The position numbers and the translations under genes are program-made. From NCBI GenBank assembly GCA_044376115.1, contig JBILLK010000008.1, forward strand, positions 192,001-256,000: a DNA stretch of 64,000 nt. The letters run 5' to 3'. Below are positions 57,615 through 64,000 of this stretch, piece by piece. This stretch comes from Polyangiaceae bacterium (lineage in GTDB: Bacteria > Myxococcota_A > Polyangia > Polyangiales > Polyangiaceae). The notes under the pieces were generated by a model. That model searched no databases. It saw only the letters and a program-made list of their open reading frames with translations, and was not told the origin of the DNA. Every line of letters begins with the position of its first letter. Position 1 is the stretch's first letter.

Positions 57615-58736
57615 TCAGCTCGTGCCCTCGCGCTGCTGGCCGGCGCGCCCCAGCGCCAGCCCACCAATCACCACGAGCACGCCCAGCGCTGTGAAACAGC
57701 TGGCGATCGTGCAGACGCTCTCGAGCTCGCCGCCCACAGAGTTCGGTCGGTAGCTATTGCTCGCCGTCTCTCGCAGGCCGAGGACAAAGAATCCAACCGT
57801 CGTTGTGGCCATGCCCAGCGTAACAATCACGGCGCCAAGCCCTGTGACCACGCTCACGTCTCGCCCGAAGAGCTCCTGCGACCAAGCGAGCAACGAAGCG
57901 ATCGTACCAACCACGATCAGCGTAGCCATCGAATGGTTGATGCCGACATCGTAGTAATATCCAAGGGGAACGGTCCGCACCCAGCTCTCGCGTAGCTCCG
58001 TCGCAAGGACTGCCGCTGCGGCCGCCGCCAGCATCGTGATAGCGGCGAGCAGCCTCGGCAAGTAACCCGTCGAGCCCTTCGTGGTGGGCCGCTTTACAGC
58101 TAATCCGACGCCAGAGATCGCAAAGAGCAAGAGCGGCGGCGGGCCGCACCAAAGGAAGTTGTGGACTGGAAATTGGTCATGCAGCACGGGGTTAACACAG
58201 ACCAGGGCCAACCCCAGCAGCACCGGCATGGACCAGCTTCCGAAACGCGGCTCGAAGGCTGCCTTGTGGCCAATCGGCAAAGCAACCAACAGCGCGAAGG
58301 CGGCTCCGAGCACCAACTCCTCGCTGGTTACCTTCGAGCTCCAGCTCTCTCCAGAGAGCTCCGGCATCACAACACGGGCGCCAAGAATGACCGTTGCTGC
58401 GCACAAGAGGACCAAGGTCACTCCCAAGAGACCCAGCCGCAGACGCGAGTCGTCCTTGTTACCAACCAGCATGATGCCCGACGGCGCCCAGAGGGTGCAT
58501 GACAAGAGCAGCAAGGTTGCCCCCTCTACATGCCACAACGTCCACTCGGGCTCATATGCGCCGAAACGAAGGCGCAGACCCATAACCCCTACCGCGGCTA
58601 GAACCAGCCCTCCGAGAAGGAAAAAGAGAAGGACGACGAGCCTCAACGCTCGAGGCAGCGCGGTTGGTGCAGCGGTTGGTGCAGCGGCCGGCGCGTGGCC
58701 CACCTCATCAATCGCGGGTCTGTAAGGGTCAACCAT
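57615..58736 (-). CDS. Polytopic membrane protein; degenerate, shortened heme-copper oxidase subunit I homolog
   Basis: About 10 TM segments; collinear matches to COX1 motifs (see findings). Confidence 0.65.
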   Translation of the reverse strand: MVDPYRPAIDEVGHAPAAAPTAAPTALPRALRLVVLLFFLLGGLVLAAVGVMGLRLRFGAYEPEWTLWHVEGATLLLLSCTLWAPSGIMLVGNKDDSRLRLGLLGVTLVLLCAATVILGARVVMPELSGESWSSKVTSEELVLGAAFALLVALPIGHKAAFEPRFGSWSMPVLLGLALVCVNPVLHDQFPVHNFLWCGPPPLLLFAISGVGLAVKRPTTKGSTGYLPRLLAAITMLAAAAAAVLATELRESWVRTVPLGYYYDVGINHSMATLIVVGTIASLLAWSQELFGRDVSVVTGLGAVIVTLGMATTTVGFFVLGLRETASNSYRPNSVGGELESVCTIASCFTALGVLVVIGGLALGRAGQQREGTS

Positions 58737-58935
58737 TCGTCACTCGCGGTGAGGTCACTTCACGGCGCCCCTCGAGGGACCTCGAGCGCCAGGGCTCACT
58801 ACCGCAGAATAGACCGGTACAAGCGGCTTCGGAACCACGTGGGCAGTGACAGAGGACCAGCCATAACGTTGGTCTGCAACCCATTCTCGCGCGACGACTA
58901 CGGAATAGCGCTCGAGCTCGGAGCGTCTAGGCGCA

Positions 58936-59586
58936 ATGCGCGCTGCTTCGTTCTTCGCTATTGCTTGTATTGTCCTGTTTGAAGCTACGCCTGCGGCGGC
59001 TACGCCGCTCTCGGGTGATGCTGGCGACTCAAGCTGTGCCTACTCGAGCGCGGACGTGCTTTTGTGGACGCCAAGCGCTGGGCCTCTAGCGACCTTCCTC
59101 GCCGACGAGTTTGAGCAGAGCGGGAATCTGTTCATTGCGCTGGGGTACGACGCCAACGGCTTCTGGTCGGCCGAGGGCGACGCGGGTTCCGACGCCTGCG
59201 ATGATTGCCGGACGTTGAGCCTCGTGCGCACCTCCTTCGATGGCAAGGAGCGCAAGTCCTTCATCGTCGGGAAAGGCCAAGATCTGGAGGAGGGAACCGC
59301 AGCCGAGCGCCGCCAAAGGCTGAAGACGCGCGTTTTCAAGGTTGCGGCCGGCGAGCTCAACGTGAAGGCCCTGAAGCACGACTACAAGCTCCAGCTTCCG
59401 AAGCACGACGCGGAAGGCAAGATCGAGAAATTCAGCGGTTGGTTCGCCCAAGTGAAGAAGAAGGATGGAGCGCTGCTCCGCTTCGCGGTCGTGAACAAAT
59501 CGCAGATGTGCTGGTGTTCGCCGAGTTGGCAGGCCTACACCTTGGCGGCGCCGAAGCCCAAAGCAACGCGTTCCAAAACCCACTGA
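58936..59586 (+). CDS. Hypothetical secreted protein
   Basis: Signal peptide; several Cys (CDDC, CWC). Confidence 0.7.
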   Translation: MRAASFFAIACIVLFEATPAAATPLSGDAGDSSCAYSSADVLLWTPSAGPLATFLADEFEQSGNLFIALGYDANGFWSAEGDAGSDACDDCRTLSLVRTSFDGKERKSFIVGKGQDLEEGTAAERRQRLKTRVFKVAAGELNVKALKHDYKLQLPKHDAEGKIEKFSGWFAQVKKKDGALLRFAVVNKSQMCWCSPSWQAYTLAAPKPKATRSKTH

Positions 59587-59637
59587 CGCGTGCAGCAGCG
59601 GCGCTGGAGCTTTCACGCGCCCGAACGGCACGCGGGC

Positions 59638-61101
59638 TCAACGCGGCGGCGGTCTCTCAAACGGCCGACAGACTTGCAGCGTCTTCACGTCGCACACGCG
59701 CGCGCTAGGCTGGCTCGACTCGCACGACGAGAGCGACACGAAGCTGTTCATCCCCGCACGGAAGATGCCGCCGCACTCGCTGGTACCAGGCGGCGCATCG
59801 ACCGTGATCCAGAAGTCGCCAGGCGGTAGCTCCGTAAATCGGAACGCTCCGTCGGCACCGGTCTTCGTCGTGCGTGACGGCGGCGCGTCCTTGCAACCGA
59901 GCGAGCTCGGGCAGATCGAGACCGTCGCGCCCGCGAGCGCACTACGCGATTTGGAGCTCTCGACGACCCCGCGCAACTCCCACGATTCGGCCTTCGCAGG
60001 CGCGGGCAACAGCGCAGGTCCGCCGGCTTCGATCGCGATTTGCCGAACGATGCCGCGCACGCCCGGAAGCATGCCGGGCTCCCACGAGCCGAGCTGCCGC
60101 CCATCGCGATCGAGCACGATCAGCGCCGAGTCGGTCGCGAGCCAGGTCCTTCCGCGCGCGTCGACGTCGCTGTCCTCGAGGCTCGTCGCGGCGACCGGCT
60201 CGCTCTTCTGTGAGGCTTGGTCGAGGCTCTTCGCCAACACCACCTTGGGCGTATCCCCAGCCTCAACGCCGACGAACTGCCCCGTCGGCCCGGGCAACAA
60301 GGTCGCGACCGCCGGCCAAGCGACCTTGTCAAAACGCGCACCGTCTTCGGTCACGTGCCAACCCAAATCGGCAAAGCGCACGAACAGCCGACGGCCATCC
60401 GAGGCCAGCTGCCACGCTCGCGGACTCGGCATCGCGACCTTCTGCCATTGCCCGCCTGCGAAGCGAAAGAGCCCGTTCCAACAAGCGACCCACACCGCAT
60501 CCTTCGTCAGCGCGAGGTCGTCGTATTGGTTGTCACTGAACGGCCCTGCGAGCTCGCTCCGCTTTTTCGCCGGCACAAATCGCTTACCGTCGAAGCGGTC
60601 GACGCGCCATTCGAGGTCCTGCGTCACGCCCCAAACCTCCCCCGACGCGCCGAACGCAAGCTCGCGGTAGACGTCCTTCGAGACCGTCTCGAGCTTGCCC
60701 TTCGCGAAGCGCACGACGCCCTGACCGAAGAAGCTCGCCCACAAACTTCCATCGGGCGCGACAGCGAGCGCCTCCACGTTGCGTGCCGTGCTCGGGATCA
60801 CCAGCGCAGGCTCCGGCGACAGCCGAAAGACCCCACGCTCACGAACGAAGCCGTAAACAGCTCCCGCCGGCGCATCGGCGAGCGGCGTCGCTGGTGCCGG
60901 GGCCGCGCTCGTGGACGGCGCACTCATGGACGGCGCGCTCGTGGACGGCGCGCTGGCGGACGGCGCGGCCGCGGTCGTCACCGAGTTGGTAGGCGACGCG
61001 GCCGGTCGCCTGGCCGGACCGTCGAGCTCGGCTTGCTCAGGCGCTCGACAACCGAACGCGAAGCAGAGCAAAAGCGAGCCGATGCACGGAGCGAGCCTCA
61101 C
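59638..61101 (-). CDS. Lipoprotein: beta-propeller plus carboxypeptidase-regulatory-like (transthyretin-like) domain
   Basis: Lipobox AFGC; APDGSLW and DARGRTW blades; LAGATVSI...TGADGAFRFTELPPGDFWITV. Confidence 0.8.
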   Translation of the reverse strand: MRLAPCIGSLLLCFAFGCRAPEQAELDGPARRPAASPTNSVTTAAAPSASAPSTSAPSMSAPSTSAAPAPATPLADAPAGAVYGFVRERGVFRLSPEPALVIPSTARNVEALAVAPDGSLWASFFGQGVVRFAKGKLETVSKDVYRELAFGASGEVWGVTQDLEWRVDRFDGKRFVPAKKRSELAGPFSDNQYDDLALTKDAVWVACWNGLFRFAGGQWQKVAMPSPRAWQLASDGRRLFVRFADLGWHVTEDGARFDKVAWPAVATLLPGPTGQFVGVEAGDTPKVVLAKSLDQASQKSEPVAATSLEDSDVDARGRTWLATDSALIVLDRDGRQLGSWEPGMLPGVRGIVRQIAIEAGGPALLPAPAKAESWELRGVVESSKSRSALAGATVSICPSSLGCKDAPPSRTTKTGADGAFRFTELPPGDFWITVDAPPGTSECGGIFRAGMNSFVSLSSCESSQPSARVCDVKTLQVCRPFERPPPR

Positions 61102-62108
61102 TTGATCTCGAACGACTCCACGGCGTTATCCATGAAGCGCGGCACGAGCAGCGCCTTGCGCTTCTTGTCCCAACCAATGTCGGCCGGCGCTTTCACGCCG
61201 CTCACTGCGACCGTCCAATCGCTGGCGCCCTTCTTCTTCACGAACACCGTCGAGGCCTCCCAGCTCGAGACGAAGAGATCATCGCCGCCCTTGATGAAGC
61301 CGTCGAGCTGGCCCTTCGGGAGCTTGGCCGCGTCGACCTTGCCCTTTTCGGTGATCTTGTAGACCTCGCCGGAGCCGAAGGTATTGACCCAAACGTCCTT
61401 GCCGTCGATGTAGAGGCCGTTCGGCGCGCCGAGATCCGCTGACTTGAAGAGCGCCTTGGCCTTGCCCCCTTTGATCGTCCAGATCGCGTCGGTCCCCGTC
61501 GCCTTGAACTCTGCATTCAAGCCGGAGTCGGTCACGTAGATGGTGCCGTCGGCGCCAGCAGCGACGTCGTTGAGGAAGGTAGCGCCCTCGATCGCGACCT
61601 CACCCTTCGGCGCGCCGGTCTTCTTGTCGAACATGCGCACGACATTGATGTCGGCGACGTAGAGCACGCCCTTCGCGATGGCCATGCCTTTGGGCGCCGA
61701 GAGCTTCGTCTTGTCCTTGCCGCCCTCGACGAACTTCGTCAGGCCGGTCTTCGCCTTCTCGTTCGGATCATGCAGGCTGATGAAGCCGTTGTTGTCGTCT
61801 TCGAGCGGCTTTCCATTGATGTTCGAGACGAAGTAACGATCGGACTCCTCGTCATAGAGGACGCTCTCCGGCGTCGACAATCCGAACGATACGCGCACCG
61901 GCGCAGGCTCCGGTGACTCGACCACGGGAGCCGCAGACGCGCTTGCAGTGGCGGACGCGGTGGCCGTCGCAACCGGTGCAGACGCGCTGGGAGTTGCGCT
62001 CGCCGAAGGGACCGCGGTGAGGGTCGCATCGACTGGCGGGGACGACGACGATCCACCACACGCAGCGATTCCGCAGACCAACAGGTACGAATAGGAGACG
62101 CTCTTCAT
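61098..62108 (-). CDS. SMP-30/gluconolactonase-like beta-propeller lipoprotein
   Basis: Lipobox IAAC; TPESVLYD, VSNING, APKGM, FLNDV, PNGL, LDG, PADIG. Confidence 0.85.
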   Translation of the reverse strand: MKSVSYSYLLVCGIAACGGSSSSPPVDATLTAVPSASATPSASAPVATATASATASASAAPVVESPEPAPVRVSFGLSTPESVLYDEESDRYFVSNINGKPLEDDNNGFISLHDPNEKAKTGLTKFVEGGKDKTKLSAPKGMAIAKGVLYVADINVVRMFDKKTGAPKGEVAIEGATFLNDVAAGADGTIYVTDSGLNAEFKATGTDAIWTIKGGKAKALFKSADLGAPNGLYIDGKDVWVNTFGSGEVYKITEKGKVDAAKLPKGQLDGFIKGGDDLFVSSWEASTVFVKKKGASDWTVAVSGVKAPADIGWDKKRKALLVPRFMDNAVESFEIK

Positions 62109-62192
62109 GCGCGCGCTATAGGTCGGTTTAGACCGTCTTGGAAGCGCTCAATCGGACCTGCAGAGCCGATGAATCGGCTACAGTCTTCGGCC

Positions 62193-63278
62193 ATGAAGCT
62201 TGGATCGCGAAGCTCGTACTCGTTGTTGATGCTTCTCATGTCAGGCTGCGTCGGGGGAACGGCCTCCGCGGGCGACGTTGGAGGTAGCTCGGCGACTGGG
62301 ACTGGCACCGGCGCAAACAGCGGAGTCTTCCCCGACGCTCAGTGGACCGTCAACCTACCGGACGGAAGCAGGACCTTCGCCGACGTGGATGGCCAAGAGT
62401 TCGCTGTCGTCGGCGTCGCGTTGCCCGGGCACTTGCGCTACCTCGATGCGGTTGGAGGGACGAGCTTTCAGCAGGACACCGGCCAGCTGGGCTGTCTCGC
62501 GCGAGGCGTGTCCGGGGAGACGGCTGTCGTGATCGACGACGAACTTCAGTTTCGCGATCTAGCCGGAGGTATCGCTTGGAGCGTGCCAGCCGAACAGCCC
62601 TGCCAATTAGCGATCGGCGTCGACCGCGTCGTCTTGGCCGAAGCACAAGGCGTGAGGGTCTTCAACATCAACGGCCAGGCCATCAATGCGCAGCCCACCA
62701 ATGTCGATATGGCGGTGATCGCCCCGTCCTCATCCTCCTATCGACGCACGCTCGACGTGGATGGCGTCATCGGCTACGCCAACCTAAACCACGTTGGGGG
62801 CCTCACGCTCGACGGAGAGCCGACCTTCGACCTCGACCTACCCGATATTGAGGTAAAGGCCGTCCGCGTGCGTGAAGTCGACGTCATCGTCGCCGGCACC
62901 ATCTCGAGCGCAGCGACGGTGTGCGGTCAAACCGTCAATGTTACGGCTGGGGACACGCGCGCGGTGCTGATGGCCTTCGCACCGAACGGGCAATGTGTTT
63001 GGAGTTATGAGCTAACGGAGGCGGGCGCTTCACCGCTCAGCGCCGACGTGCTCGACCTAGCCGTCGGCGGAGAAAGCCTGTTCGCGGTTGGTGAGTCATC
63101 GGCAGGCTTTGGTTGGGCAGACCAGCAACTCGAGGCCGGTAACTTCCTGGTTGAACTCTCGCTAAGCAACATAACGCCGGCCCGAGCGACCAATAGCGTA
63201 GTAGCCAATGCGATCGAACTGACGACGCAAGGCCACCTACTGACGGTTAGCGGCTCAGCAGTATCGCTACTTCACTGA
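62193..63278 (+). CDS. Hypothetical lipoprotein, probable beta-propeller
   Basis: Lipobox MSGC; GGIAWS and NGQCVWS PQQ-like blade motifs. Confidence 0.7.
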   Translation: MKLGSRSSYSLLMLLMSGCVGGTASAGDVGGSSATGTGTGANSGVFPDAQWTVNLPDGSRTFADVDGQEFAVVGVALPGHLRYLDAVGGTSFQQDTGQLGCLARGVSGETAVVIDDELQFRDLAGGIAWSVPAEQPCQLAIGVDRVVLAEAQGVRVFNINGQAINAQPTNVDMAVIAPSSSSYRRTLDVDGVIGYANLNHVGGLTLDGEPTFDLDLPDIEVKAVRVREVDVIVAGTISSAATVCGQTVNVTAGDTRAVLMAFAPNGQCVWSYELTEAGASPLSADVLDLAVGGESLFAVGESSAGFGWADQQLEAGNFLVELSLSNITPARATNSVVANAIELTTQGHLLTVSGSAVSLLH

Positions 63279-63343
63279 GCCGTTATCCGATTTAGGCCGC
63301 TAGCATCTTGGGCCGCTACTGCACTGAGCCGCTACCTTATTGA
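63249..63343. repeat. Five degenerate ~16-bp tandem units (GCCGCTAC core) plus one inverted copy
   Basis: Cores at 63264, 63280, 63297, 63313, 63329; TAGCGGCTCAG (63249) is the reverse complement of CTGAGCCGCTA (63324). Confidence 0.6.
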
Positions 63344-63357
63344 GCGCGGCTCCGGGC

Positions 63358-63999
63358 TCACTGGTCGGCGAGGATGCTGGTCTTGATTTCCTCGAAGCCA
63401 GCAAAGCCGTTGCCCGTCTCCATCACGTTGAGCTCCGGGTCCACGAGCACCCACGAGGGATACCCAGTCTCGACGTCGCCGAAGACCGGAATGAACATCG
63501 AAAGGCCCCACGCGCGGTCCGCGAGCACCGGCGACGTGAGTTCAAAGTTCTCCGTCCAGGTGGTCAACATGGCCTTCGTCGTCTTACCGAACACATCGCT
63601 GAGCGAAGGCGCCATCAAGGTGATGACGTGCACGGTGATGCCTTGCGCCGCCATATCAGCGACGAACGCTTCCTCTTCCCCCGCCATCGCCTGACACGGA
63701 GGACAATCCCGAGCGGCCATATCAATCAACAGGTAGCCACCCTTGAAATCGTGAAGGCGGACATACTCGCCACAACCATCGAGGAACACACCGTCAGGCA
63801 CGGTTTGGCCGTCCACAATCGTGTAGTCCCCCGTGTACGGAGCCGGATCGGCCTTGGGCCAACCGCAGGTATAGCTCTCCGCCGCGACGAAGCCGTGGTG
63901 CGCCTCCCCTTCTTCCACGCCGAGCGTAAGTTCACCCGCGATCCCGAAGGACATCGTGCCGCCCGCCGTCACCTCGAGATCCGCGACGCTGTGCTGCGT
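63358..63999 (-). CDS. Thioredoxin-like/redoxin (TlpA-type) domain protein; 5' end off the window
   Basis: VRLHDFKG..LLIDMAARDCPPC; PVLAD; GYPSWVLVDP; frame open to the edge. Confidence 0.8.
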   Translation of the reverse strand, partial: TQHSVADLEVTAGGTMSFGIAGELTLGVEEGEAHHGFVAAESYTCGWPKADPAPYTGDYTIVDGQTVPDGVFLDGCGEYVRLHDFKGGYLLIDMAARDCPPCQAMAGEEEAFVADMAAQGITVHVITLMAPSLSDVFGKTTKAMLTTWTENFELTSPVLADRAWGLSMFIPVFGDVETGYPSWVLVDPELNVMETGNGFAGFEEIKTSILADQ

Positions 64000-64000
64000 G

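Overview
High-GC window whose gene content points to a myxobacterium (Polyangiaceae/Sorangium-like). Evidence: a MYXO-CTERM-type sorting tail, a Ser/Thr kinase-TPR-Cys-rich lipoprotein cassette and many lipoproteins. The left half (1-33 kb) looks like core genome: GH1 lipoprotein, MutH-like endonuclease, alkyl-DHAP-synthase-like FAD oxidase, DUF4139 protein, kinase module, sixA and malQ. It also holds a minus-strand operon (2 SAM methyltransferases, a deacetylase with a probable GNAT C-domain, a TPR/HEAT protein, tsaD, a triple-DsbA protein) and a multicopper oxidase/His-rich lipoprotein/TolC copper operon. The right half starts at tRNA-Arg(CCT) and includes tRNA-Asn(GTT). It is an accessory region of orphan lipoproteins, decayed genes and candidate conflict genes. 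Best leads: (1) a miniaturised heme-copper oxidase subunit I homolog that keeps only the two low-spin heme histidines; (2) a stand-alone, catalytically dead GyrB ATPase-like domain; (3) an ABC-ATPase plus PD-(D/E)xK nuclease pair that may be a defence module; (4) a deacetylase-GNAT fusion; (5) a histone-H1-like/DUF1801 fusion. All homology calls come from by-eye motif recognition; no searches were run. No CRISPR array, rRNA, integrase or transposase was seen.
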